Positions 1 to 11,300 of a stretch of 59,807 bases of DNA are shown piece after piece. The stretch spans positions 1 through 59,807 of the forward strand of contig NW_015163195.1 of assembly GCF_001447785.1 (NCBI RefSeq), written 5' to 3'. Position 1 is the stretch's first letter. The number at the start of each line of letters is the position of its first letter. The DNA comes from Gekko japonicus (lineage: Eukaryota). A program made the translations under genes and the position numbers. The notes below the pieces were generated by a model, which saw only the letters and a list, made by a program, of their open reading frames with translations, made no database searches and was not told the origin of the DNA.

Positions 1-259
1 ATTTCCTAGGATGACAACTGATCTCCAAGAGACAGAGCTGAGTTCACCTGGAGGAAACAGGCACTTTGGAAGGTGGACTCTGTGGCATGATGCCCCAGTG
101 AAGTCTCCACCCCCAAAATCTCCAATCATTTCCCATTCTGAAACTGGCAACTCTATCTGGGACCATACCGGTCACCCTGGCCATGTGCTTCCTTCTGTGG
201 AGGCCTGGGGTACCAACTGCTGCCCTTTCCTGGCTTCACAGGCAAGTGTGGTTTTCAGA

Positions 260-577
260 GGCGATTCTGCATTGGCTTTTCCCTCTGTTGTAATACAAAA
301 CCCACCCACGTTGGAAGGAACATAAATCCCCCTCTGCATTGCATACCTCCTTCACTTCCTTCGATCAACGAAATTTACGGTACCCTCCACACTCCATGCC
401 GCTTCCGCTTTCTTTGATCTTCGGATTTTATGGTACCTTCTGCATGGATTTATGGCCATTCAGGGCTGATTTTGTCGTCTATACGGAGTTGCCCAGAGGT
501 ATTTGAATGTGGTTTTGAGCTGCACTTTTCCCTCCCGGTTGAGAAAATGTGGAGCTAATGCTAGATGCAGAATCGCC
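260..577. mobile_element. Non-autonomous TIR element (PIF/Harbinger-like)
   Basis: TIR GGCGATTCTGCAT/ATGCAGAATCGCC; absent from homologous site near 18700; TSD ambiguous. Confidence 0.6.
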
Positions 578-1499
578 CAGGGATGTCGGGAGTGATTGTC
601 CCTCTGATCAAACCAGAATAGAGGGCTGGTTTTTCTCTGTATGTGCAGCCACAGCCCTGCCTCTTGTGAGCCACTGGACACGCTCTCCCACCTTTGGCCC
701 CTGCGCCCTTCCCTGCTATGGACCTGGGATCATCCTTGGGTTCCCGAGAACGCCACTTTGCATAATTTGTAGCAGGGAGCAGGATATACATTTTAAGGCA
801 GGGGTGTCGAACTCATTCACTCTTGTGACTGGGGCCTTTCAGTGTCTGATCATTGACACCTCTTGCTCTGAATTATCACATCAAAATGTCTGTGCTGTAG
901 CAATCTTGAGCATGCTGTTCTGGTGTGTCTCTGTAAGCTGCAAACCTACTTTTGATTTATCGACATTCACCACAGAAATCACATGCTCAGTGTTCTGAGT
1001 CTGGGACCCAGGTTAAAACATGAAATGGCCGAGTGATTAAGAGAGTCTGGCGAAGCAAGCTATGATGTAGCAGCAGCAGCAGAACTGGAAGCAGGAGATG
1101 GGCCAGTTCCACTGTGGGCCTGATAGTTGTGTATCCCCTGACACTATGAGGCAATATCCATTGCGCATGGCTTCACTGAGTCTCCTAAAAAGCCCCATGT
1201 GAGCCACCAATTCTCAAAAGTTCCAGCATTTACACACCATTCTCTGAGGGTTCCCAACTGAGGTTTATTCCCAAGGCCCCAAGGCCAAGTAAAGCATTCT
1301 CACTTCCAATCTGCCTCAGTCTTGTACAAACCGGTTACAGGGACATGCTCTTCATGTTGAAGATGGAGAGAGACCTTCCAGACAGACTGTAGGGTCCACG
1401 TTCGGGGACAACCAATCTCTACCACGCTGTAGCCTTCAGGCTAAGCAATATCTCCACTCTGACCTTGCAGTCTAGCAGCAGAGACAGTGAAAGACTGTG

Positions 1500-1617
1500 T
1501 GGTCTCCCTTTCCAACATGAACGGGAGCTGAACTGGAGGAGAAGCCGTCTGTCCGTCCATCCATCATCCATCCATCCATCCATCCATCCATCCATCCATC
1601 CATGCGCAAAGGTGAGT
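1500..1617 (+). promoter_or_regulatory. Putative 5' leader exon end and splice donor of OR-1
   Basis: ATGAAC...GGAGGAG...CATCCATGCGCAAAG|GTGAGT, homologous to the leader ends of units 2-5; contains (TCCA)n. Confidence 0.6.
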
Positions 1618-1733
1618 CACTTTGTAACAGAAACTGCTCATATTTTGCTTAGACAGAAAGATAGACAAGAATGGAGAACACCACCCTGACAGGCTGCATT
1701 AATGCCATCAGTGGAGGAAAAGGAGGAGGAGGA

Positions 1734-1970
1734 GGTTTGATTCCCCACTCCTCCTCCACTTGCAGCTGCTGGATGACCTTGGGCAAGCCCTAGTTCTGAC
1801 AAGAGCTGTTCTTGGAAAAAAAAGAGCAGTTTCTGTCAGAGCTCTCTCAGACCCCCCCACCTCACAGGGTGTCTGTTGTGGGGAGGGGAAGGGAAAGGAG
1901 TTCATAAGCCGCTCTGAGACTCCTTTGGGTAGTGAAAGGTGGGGTATAAATCCAATCTCTTCTCTTCTTA
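1734..1970 (+). mobile_element. Squam3-type SINE, 5'-truncated
   Basis: GGTTTGATTCCCC...CCTCACAGGGTGTCTGTTGTGGGG...GGTATAAATCCAATCTCTTC. Confidence 0.8.
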
Positions 1971-2524
1971 TTATTTAACTAGAAATAATGCCCGTTGCGG
2001 AAATAAATACAACGGGATCTAGAAAGAGGCGCTGGGAGAGTGCTCTGGCTTTGGGCAAACAGTGTCAGTTTCCTGTGGCAACCTCAGCAGGGTTTAATGA
2101 CAGAGTCCACTGTTTTCTCTAGAGAGACTGATCTCTGCTACCTGAAGAGCATTTGTATGTTTGAGTTATCTGTAGCCCTCACCTGGAGAGTGGTAACCAT
2201 TGTTACCCATTCTCCTCTCCCCTATGAGGTATGTTATGCAACTGAAAATTCCAACTGCCTTGGGGGGGGGGGGGAGTTTGAGGTGTGGAATGGACTGAAG
2301 TCCAATCAGCTTCCATATGCAAAAGACCAGGTTGTCGCAGCAGTTGTGGTGTGGGCGGGACCCGGGCTTTGCCTTCTGATTGGTGGCGATATATGCTGAG
2401 GAGCAGTGCCATCAGCCATACACTAAGGGAGTGCATTTTAGAATTAGAACCTTGGCACCCACTATTCAATTATATATAAGGACAGATTCTCACCAGCTCC
2501 AGCTCCCAAGAAGGCCAGATCACG

Positions 2525-2735
2525 TGTTGGACATGCAAAGCTGCCTTATACTGACTCAGAGCACTGGTCTAGCAAGATCAGTATTGCCCACTCAGATTGG
2601 CAGCACTTCTCCAGGGTCCCAGGCAAAGGTCTTTCACATCACCTCCTACCTGATCCTTTCAACTGGAGATTCTGGGCACTGAACCAGAGAGCTTTGGCAT
2701 GCCAAGCAGGTGATCGGTCAATGAACCATGCCCTC
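2525..2735 (-). mobile_element. Squam2-type SINE
   Basis: Reverse complement of the 54818-54990 element (GCTGCCTTATACTGA...GCATGCCAAGCAG). Confidence 0.6.
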
Positions 2736-3799
2736 AACCCCTACGAATGTTTACAGATTTGCCATTGATTCAAAGTTAGTAGCCTTGATGCCTGGCTTGT
2801 TAATCCCAAAACTATTAAAATAGTGCTGGTGAGCAACTCTTGAAAATAGCTTGTTGCTACAGAAAAGCTTATTGCTTTACATAACATGCTTTATGCATGG
2901 GCTAGAGACAGGGAAGTAAAAAAAGGAAGCGTCTTGCCTTCTTTTATACCATATTGGTCCCATACATTTTGATAGAGCTATAGAAATTATAAACTGCAGC
3001 AATTAATCTAACTGCCCTGGTAATGTGGACCATTATGGTCTAGAAAATGTTCCCACATTCCAGAGGCAATGGGGTTGCCCTGATGCTTTTAGCAAAACAA
3101 TGCAAGATAGCATTTAAATCTCTAAATGACAAAGAACATGAATGTTACAATTTCAGGATGTTCTTTGTTTCCTTGAATCAAGGCAGCAGACAGGCACTGT
3201 CTGCTGGCTGGAGGTGTGATGTGAGTTTCTGCATGTAGGCAAGCCTTTAGTATTGCAGATATTCTGGCTTCCTTGACTTAATGGCAGGGGCCATTTTTTT
3301 TCCTAAATGTTTCCAAATTCTTTAGGTTCATGAACAATGTAATGCAAATGTTGGTTCCTGTGTACAATGGAGGAAAGATATCTCTTGAGAGAAAGGCCTA
3401 GCAAAAATCATGTTGGGAGTCATGTGCTGCTAGCTGTTTGGAAAGTTACAGAAATAGAGGAGAGAAAAACACTGTGATTTCTTTATAAAATTAACTGTAT
3501 AAATGGGTTTTAAATATTCTGAACCAACTATGTTATTTTTCTCACAACAGTGGTGGTATGATACTATGTAAAATCCCAGCAGGCCATAGTAGAAAGGTCA
3601 CAAAAGAGTATAGCCACAGTTGGTAAATAGCTTATCAGACCATTTATAGAGGTTGTTGCAGGCTGCTGGTGGTAGCATAGAGGGCTTTGCCACAGGTCGA
3701 TTGTTGGAAGCGACTCCTAATCAAAGGAAGGAATCCAAAGGGGGGGAAGGACTGTGTGGAGACCTTGTGGGATGGCCAGGGAGGATGGGAACTCTAGGG

Positions 3800-4062
3800 A
3801 GATAGGGACTCTGGGGCAAGTGATGCTCTGTCATCTTGGTGCTTGGGGGGGGGGGGTCAAAATGGGGATGGCTTTTAAAATGGGTGCTCTGTCATCTTTG
3901 TGCTTGGGGGGGGGGGGTCAACAGTGGGATGGCTTCTAATGTCCTGGCCCCACTGGTGGACCTCTTGATGGCACTGGTATTTCTGGCCACTGTGTGATAC
4001 AGAGTGTTGGACTGGATGGGCCTTTGGCCTGATCCAACATTGGCATCTCTTATGTTCTTATG
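3800..4062 (+). mobile_element. CR1 3'UTR fragment with (TTCTTATG)n tail
   Basis: Matches 13080-13280 tail. Confidence 0.75.
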
Positions 4063-4550
4063 ATGAATCATCGGGACATGCCTGAATGCATCGTGAAAGA
4101 TGGAGATCAATTACTCCAGGGGGTGTGATCTGGAGTGATTTAGGAGTGTTGTGACACCAGGTACATGGTAGTTGAGACAGAGGACGGGATGATTTTTTTT
4201 AATGGATAAAATCAGTCTGCAGTTTTGTCCTCCTCCAAAGGGTGTTCAGCTGCACCAGCAAATGAATTGAGACCGCTGGTAGAGAAAATGAGAGGAATGA
4301 GTGATTTGTTGGCAGTTGAGTGAGTCAAGAACTGGGAAGTCTTGAAGGCAGACACGGCAAGAGGGACCAGACTTCAGCAGTTCCTTTCCCTGAGCCTTGG
4401 ATTTGTTATATAACCCATAAACCTGGAAGGCAACAATTTGTTCCTCATCCCCTTGAGGACTGACAAACCGGTGCTCAGAGGTGTTGCTCATCACAGTACC
4501 TAAGATGTGTTTTCTCCACCCATTTTTCTCTCCTGACAGGTGAGTTCTCA

Positions 4551-5510
4551 ATGGGAGTGAGGAATGAGACACAGGTGGTGGAATTTGTCTTCCTAGGTTT
4601 CTCCGGCATTCCAGACAGCCACATCTACCTCTTCCTGCCATTCCTAGCCATTTACCTGGTCACTGTACTAGGGAACCTCACAATATGTACTCTGATTCAA
4701 CTGGATCCCAGCCTCCATACGCCCATGTATTACTTCCTCAGCCATCTCTCCTTCCTAGACATCTGCATCTCCTCCGTCACAGTCCCCAAGATCCTGGTGA
4801 ACTTCTTGCGCCAGCGACAGACCATCTCCTACAACCAGTGCATGGCCCAGATGTTCTTCCTGCTCTCTTTTGCGGGGTCGGAGGCTCTGTTGCTGGCCGT
4901 CATGGCCTATGACCGCTATGCGGCCATCTGCAAACCTTTGCATTACTCCCGCCTCATGACCACCAAGGTGTGCACCATTTTGGCCCTGGCTACTTGGATC
5001 TTGGGCCCCCTAGACTCCGCTCTCCATACAGTGCTCAGCACCACGTTATCCTTTTGTGGCGTCAACCAGATTCATCACATCTTGTGCGATGTCACCCCAC
5101 TGTTGAACATTGCGTGCAGTGATACACACATCAATAAAATGGCAGCTCAGGTAGCAAACATTTTGGGGGCTGGGGGACCCTTCTTCTTCATCATTCTCTC
5201 CTACTGCCTAATTCTGCACTCCATCCTGAAGATTCGTTCCACCACTGGCAAGCGCAAAGCCTTTTCCACCTGTTCTTCTCACCTCATTGTTGTCATCATT
5301 TACTACGGAAATTCGCTAATTAACTACAATGGTTCAAGTGCTGGTGGTGGCTCCTTGGAGACTCCCACCCTGGCCTGCATCATGGACCTTATAATCGCCC
5401 CAATGCTGAACCCGCTCATCTATAGCCTCCGCAACAAGGACGTGAAGGGGGCCCTGAAGAAGGTGCTGGGAAGCCAGAAGAAGACCGCATGTCCCCACAC
5501 TATAAGTTAA
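4551..5510 (+). CDS. Olfactory receptor OR-1 (class II, OR5V1/OR12D-like), intact, 319 aa
   Basis: Motifs N-x-T, GN, LHTPMYYFLSHLS, MAYDRYAAICKPLHY, KAFSTCSSHL, PMLNPLIYSLRN; polypyrimidine+CAG acceptor ends at 4539. Confidence 0.96.
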   Translation: MGVRNETQVVEFVFLGFSGIPDSHIYLFLPFLAIYLVTVLGNLTICTLIQLDPSLHTPMYYFLSHLSFLDICISSVTVPKILVNFLRQRQTISYNQCMAQMFFLLSFAGSEALLLAVMAYDRYAAICKPLHYSRLMTTKVCTILALATWILGPLDSALHTVLSTTLSFCGVNQIHHILCDVTPLLNIACSDTHINKMAAQVANILGAGGPFFFIILSYCLILHSILKIRSTTGKRKAFSTCSSHLIVVIIYYGNSLINYNGSSAGGGSLETPTLACIMDLIIAPMLNPLIYSLRNKDVKGALKKVLGSQKKTACPHTIS

Positions 5511-5763
5511 GGCTACGTAGCTTTAGAACTCTGTGAAGTGCGCTCTTATCTTGCTATAGTGACATGTTGAAGCGGTAAGGAAGACCCAGTTTCAGTAGCT
5601 GAACAGAAACACATGAAACTGGGTGCTGAGACACGAGCAGTGCACCGCACAATAAACCAAAGTCAAGAAATAAGAAAGGCAAAAGAATAAAAAGAATGAG
5701 AAACAATAGCCATAAGCAACTCCCAAACCAGAACTCAATCACCATAACATTAATACGAAGAGC

Positions 5764-6780
5764 TGTTAGCTCAGACGTTTTATATTGGGCTATTTCTGGA
5801 CTATGTTATATGAATAAAGCTTGATGCAAAGGGCTAATAAAAAGAGACTGTGTAATAAAGAGTTCACCTTGAGGGCACCCAGAGAAGATGCCAGCTGAGG
5901 TTGATAATCTGCTGAAGCAACATCGTTCCAGAGGTGTCCTGGTGTCTCCGGCTTATCAAGAGTGTGCAAACACAAGGTTTACAGCAAACACAGAAAACTC
6001 ATTAGTTAGCCCAGACGCTCAGTCTAAACATGAGAGGCTTATTTCAGAGTTCCCCCTCCGACAGACTGCTAGTCCACATGGAGAATCCACATGGCTAGAG
6101 ATGAGTCAATGCTATTGTTGCCGCAGCACGTACCTCTTTTCCCATGCCCAGGTTCCAACGGCCAAAGTTAATCAATAGATTGGAAATTGACCCATTAGCC
6201 AATCCCCGACATGTAGGGTAGGGCCACCTGGTGTAAGCCGCCTGAGCCCACCCCCTCTTGCTCGCAAGAAGCTTTAAAACTTAGAACACAGAGCAGCCAG
6301 TTCACTATTCTCTCTTTTACCTACGTCCTCTGCCTGTCTGCTTTCCCCCTTCAATCCAGCTTTCTATCCAGAAACCCTTGCCTCGCTTTTACACCTTAGT
6401 CTGCAGCTAGGGTGCCACACGTGTTCTTGGCTGGTCTGAGTACACGCGCTTTTCCCGTTTACATATTTCCTTCCCTCCCTAATACCTCCCTGCTGGAAGC
6501 TTTAGGAGCCGTGTATCACCTGAGGTAAATATCACCCACCAACGATAACCTGCAAATGCGAAAGTGCTTTACCAAATCTCTTTGTTTTTACTTAGTTCTT
6601 GTGTGTGTGTATGATATTGTGTGCTTTGCATGATATTTAGTAAACTAAAGAGAATTTTACTTCTGTCTCTGTCTCTTCACTGGGAACGTATTGGTGCAGC
6701 CCATCCTCTGTAGACATTGACCTGAATCCCAATTAACAAACTGTTCCAATTGCCTCTCCTAAAGAGCAATTCGGCTAACA
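5764..6780 (+). mobile_element. Solo LTR (ERV1/Gypsy-type)
   Basis: TGTTAGC...GCTAACA termini; perfect 4-bp TSD GAGC; TTTAAAA and AGTAAA signals. Confidence 0.8.
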
Positions 6781-6784
6781 GAGC

Positions 6785-7030
6785 ACTGCAAACTTTATAC
6801 GACATAGGTCTTTCAAATGAGTAGGCGCAAATCTCTGACATGTAGAATGACATCTTGGCGACTCCGCGGGTGGTGGTGTTTTCAGTGCATCTGTAGTAGT
6901 TGGAGACATAAGATGATCAGATTCTCCATCATTTTGAACAAGAGGAGACACCATTTTGTCCTGCTTCTCAGTTTTAGTGACTGTGTTCCCAGGCAGATGT
7001 ATAGTTGGACTTCCTAAATCTGAGATTGTC
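6785..7030 (-). mobile_element. Possible degraded Gypsy pol C-terminus
   Basis: Minus frame SPRCHSTCQRFAPTHLKDL resembles the RRSxR..P..LKDY motif after integrase. Confidence 0.3.
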
Positions 7031-7505
7031 ACGGAATTAGGGCTAGTTTGAGCCTCAGTCCTAACCCTATACTATTTCAATTTTTGTAGCAATTAGCTCC
7101 TGTAGTTGAAACTTTGGTTCCGTTTCCAAAGAGGCTTTAGGACACTTTGGGTGATGTGACCTTCTGGTACAGATAATGCTGTACATGTCTTTTACCTTAC
7201 ATGACTTCTGTCTTTTGGAATGTTTATATGCTATCATATATGAGCCCGTTCACGGGGAGGGCGGGTTATAAATTTAAATAAATAAATTCTAAATAGATAT
7301 GAGTACAGAACGAAGCTTCCGGGGACTCTCTTAGCCAGCCTGGACTCTCTGAGTCAATCTAGTTGAACCCGGACTTTTCTTGACTTTCCTGACCCCAGAT
7401 ACAGAAAGAAAGGGCTGACTTTGTTGTATATGTCAGATGTATGTCAAACACTCGTCACAGACCTGACAGACAGTTACATTAGCCCCTATGAAAAAGACAT
7501 ACTTA

Positions 7506-8059
7506 GGTTGCGATCACACGCACAATTAGCTGCGCCATAGGCGTGAATGCCAGGCAGATTTAAAGGGTGCGATCAGACATGAACATCTGGGAAGCGCCTC
7601 GCACCTGTCAGCAACCTGTTTTGCTCCACTGCAGAAGACACAAAGACACAGGGGAAAGTCCGGTAAAAGGGGAAAGTCACAAAGACATGGGAAAGTCCGG
7701 TAGTAAATGGGTTGCTATGGGCCACAGACGGACTTTCCCCTGTCTGATTGCTCCAGCACGCTCTCATGGCGTCGGGATGTTCTGATCGGGCCATTCCGAC
7801 TCTGTGCCATTTCCCCCCCCTTCACAGTATACGCATCATCCCACACTCCATAGGGAGCCCTCGTGCTGAGATGTGATCCATCAATTCCCCATTTAAGCGC
7901 ATTGGGAATAAATGGCAAAAAAACCACACCTGACTCACCCGCGGTGTGTTTGATCACGCAGTGGTGTGCTGCCCCCACAGCTTCAAAGGGCTGCGTGATT
8001 CCTCCGGAGGAAATAGCCTCACTTCCCCCCTGTGTTATCTTGCGCGTGTGACCGCAACC
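7506..8059. mobile_element. PIF/Harbinger MITE
   Basis: TIR GGTTGCGRTCACACGCRCAA; TSD TTA at both ends. Confidence 0.85.
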
Positions 8060-10140
8060 TTAATGTCTGGATATAGTTTTGTTCCTTGTTGTTCAGGCCA
8101 GAGCATCCAAGGATATCCTTGACAGAATGACAAGTGCTCTGTTTATGTATTGGGGTTGAGTTGAAATAGTCTGTGTTGATTGTTGAAATGCTACAAAAGT
8201 GTTTTCTGACTTAAGAGTGGGTAAGAGAATAAACTATTATGGCCCCCATGCTGCTGGCATTCAGAACAACTTCAGACACTGCCCTAGCTTCATCGGACCA
8301 CCTCACAGAAATTCGCCATCTGTACTCAACTGCACTTTATGTAATTTATTTGTGATTTGAAATTTTATAATATTGCATTTATTGTGTGTTGTTGCATTTT
8401 AAACTGTTGTACGCCGCCTTGAGCCTGCCTGTGCAGGCAAGGTGGGATATAAATTGAAATTAATAGATAATAAATAAATAAATAAATAAATAAATAAATT
8501 CCATCTTGTAAAGTGACCGTATAAGACACAAGTCCTGTAACTGTTCTCACAGTAGCAGGTATGCACAAAGGACCCAAGCCAAAGTTTTAAACATAGACTG
8601 CCTCTCCAATCATTTAAAAAAAAAAGTGGTTTTGCTTGTCGGTTCTGTTGCCCTTTCTGCTGTTGTTTATAGTGCATATGTCCTGTCAGGTATGGGTGTC
8701 ACAAATCGAACCTCGGCCTCAGTTTCCTGCCCATTAACATTTCAGCTGGAGATAAACTTGTGCTAGAATGCAGTGAAATTCTATGACTGAGCAAATACTG
8801 AGTTAGCCTTCTAGAGAGACTTTTACCCGGTATCCAGGAAATGACTTCTTTAAAAGACTGCGCTGCATGTTCTGCTAGGCCATTCAGTGCCAGGGGAAGT
8901 GGTGCAAAGGTAACATGCTGAATGCCATATTATTCCATAAACTGTTTGAATTGTTAACTAGTAAAGGAACTTGCATTATCCATCACAAGCGTTTCAGGCA
9001 ACACGTGCACACTGAAACACATTCTTAACTTTTCAATGGTAGCTTCACTATTTGATGTAGACATAGGATAAATCTCCACCCATTTTGACTGAGCATCTGC
9101 CAATACGAGGAACATCTTACCCAGATAGGAACCTGCATAGTCTACATGTAATCACCTCCAAGGTTGATCTGGCCAGTTCCAAGGATGAAGGGGAATCACA
9201 GCAGGCATTTTACGGCTTCCTTTTTTTTTAAGTCTGTACCATGTGCTCAATTTCCTGGTCCATTCCTGGCCACCACAGGTAGCTTCTAGCTAAGCCTTTC
9301 TTCTTAGTGCTCCCAGGTTGGGCCTGGTGTAACGGTCTCCTGTCCTTGTTTTGGAATCACCACACGGGTGCCCCTCAATACACATCCATCATAGACGCTC
9401 AGTTCCCATTGACGTTGGTAGAATAATATACGTTCTTTGTTTTCCAAAAATATATGGCCATCCTTTCAACATAGATTCCCCGACTTTGGCCAACATGGGG
9501 TCTGTATAGTATAGCTAGTATTGACATCATCTTTTGAGGCATATTGTATTGTGTGATTTTAATTTATTGTTTTATTTTAATGGATGTATACGTTCTTAAT
9601 TTTAATTGTAAACCTGCACTGTGTGCAGATCAGTTTGTATGGGACCTGCCCCGGGGCTGCTATGTGGGGAGGGCGGGTTATAAGTATCAGTTCACGACTT
9701 TATGTCGATGGTGGAGTGGCAAGGCAATCTATTAGTTGTTGTTGTTTTTTAAACCCCTGGAGGGGTATTTTTATTTTTTCAATATGACTACAAACTACAA
9801 AGAAAAATATAGGAAGGGGAACTACAACTATGAAACTATTGGTTTCTAGAGCAAGTTTTTTTAGACTCTTGGGTGGGGCTGGGGGATGAGAGAAAGTAAT
9901 GGAGGAGAAGAGGGTGGTCAAAGGCTGGAGTGCAACCTCCACATGCAAAGGCTTTGTATGTTCAAATGCCACCTGCTTGGAATCCATAGTGGTGGCAACT
10001 AGGACCCTTAATGCAGTGTTTCTTTGTTTCCCAAAAACGTTTGGTTGGCCGATGGCCGCTGTAGTGAATGGAATGCTGGACTAGACGGGACTGAAGGGAA
10101 CCTCCACGTTTTCCGAGGCAGTGAACTTCTGAATCACATT

Positions 10141-10850
10141 AGGGAGCGGTGGCGCAGGCAGTTAAACGCCTGCATGTAACATCACTCGTGCAGCCACTGT
10201 GGCTGTTCGAGACTCACCGCGGTCGAGGTGAGCTCACGACCCTTGTCCTAGCTCCCGCCCACCCAGCGGCTCGAAAGCTAAATGTAATCTTAATGCGAGT
10301 AGACAAATGGGTACCTACCTTTAGAAGGGTAGGGGGCACCCTCCTCCAGCGAGGTGTGTGGAGGCGATAACGGTGGCGGCAATGGCGGCGGTGGACATCG
10401 GCTGCAGCAAAAGGGTGTTCCGGTGGTGAAGGCAGTGTGGCACAATGCAGCGGCGGCGGCAGCGAGGCTGGAGGAGCGATCCCTGGTGGCCAGCGGTAAC
10501 ATCGGGCAGCTGTCGTCGACAAGGCAGAGGTGGAGGCATGCGATGAGGCCATCAACAGGCGCGGTGGAGCCAGAAGGACGTGGCCGAGGCCGGAAGAGGC
10601 CGCATCATGCGCCGGCCTGCCTGAGCGCCAGAGGAGGAACAACCAGCCGAACGAACCACCGGGAAGAGAGCCGAGCCAGGACCGCTTCCACCAGGGTGCC
10701 GGTAGGCAGCCCCATCCCCAAATACAATGTGCCCCAAGTTAGGGAACAAATGTGTGCTTAGCACCCCACTCTGTAAACCGCCCAGAGACCCCCTACCAAG
10801 GGGCTTAGGGTGGTATAGGAAATTGAAAGTTAAATAAAAAAATAAATAAA
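10141..10850 (+). mobile_element. Unclassified chimeric structured SINE, copy A
   Basis: A-box-like TGGCGCAGGCAG, B-box GTTCGAGAC, Sauria-like module, GC-rich body, L2-like TGTAAACCGC..GGTATAG..(AAAT)n tail. Confidence 0.7.
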
Positions 10851-11112
10851 TGTCCATGTGTAGAGTCACCTCTTAGGTTGTTGGAAAAGGGTGTTCACTA
10901 TGACCAGTGTGTTCTCTTGACAAAACTCTGTTAGCCTTTGTCCTGCTTCATTTTGCTCTCCAAGGCCAAACTTGTCTGTTATTCTGGTTACCTTTTGACT
11001 TCCTACTTTAGCATTCCAGTCCCCTATGATGATGAGGACATCATTTTTTGGTGTTAGTTCTAGGAGGTGTTGTAGGTCTTCATAGAACCAGTCCATTTCA
11101 GCCTCTTCTGTA
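10851..11112 (-). mobile_element. Bov-B/RTE APE endonuclease fragment
   Basis: FYEDLQHLLELTPKNDVLIIIGDWNAKVGSQ...NTLFQQPKR. Confidence 0.9.
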
Positions 11113-11300
11113 CCACGGCCAGCGTTGATGCGGCCGTCGTGGATGAACCACCTCGGTAGGTGGTTCATTTTTGATGCGTTTCATCGGGGGAAGGGCTGGA
11201 TCGGAGACGGGTGCGCAACGCTGGCCAGATGTTGCAGTGGGATCACGCCCGTTTGCTCCGGCCCACTCCCGGCCGACTCCCGGCCCCAAACCCCCAGTAA

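Noticed and set aside
7648-7745. Clustered NF-kB-like GGGAAAGTCC sites
   Set aside because: Internal repeats of a Harbinger MITE, imperfect matches
10240-10340. Assigning the SINE module to twister, twister-sister, hairpin or HDV ribozymes
   Set aside because: Only partial motif resemblance; catalytic residues and pairings do not match by eye
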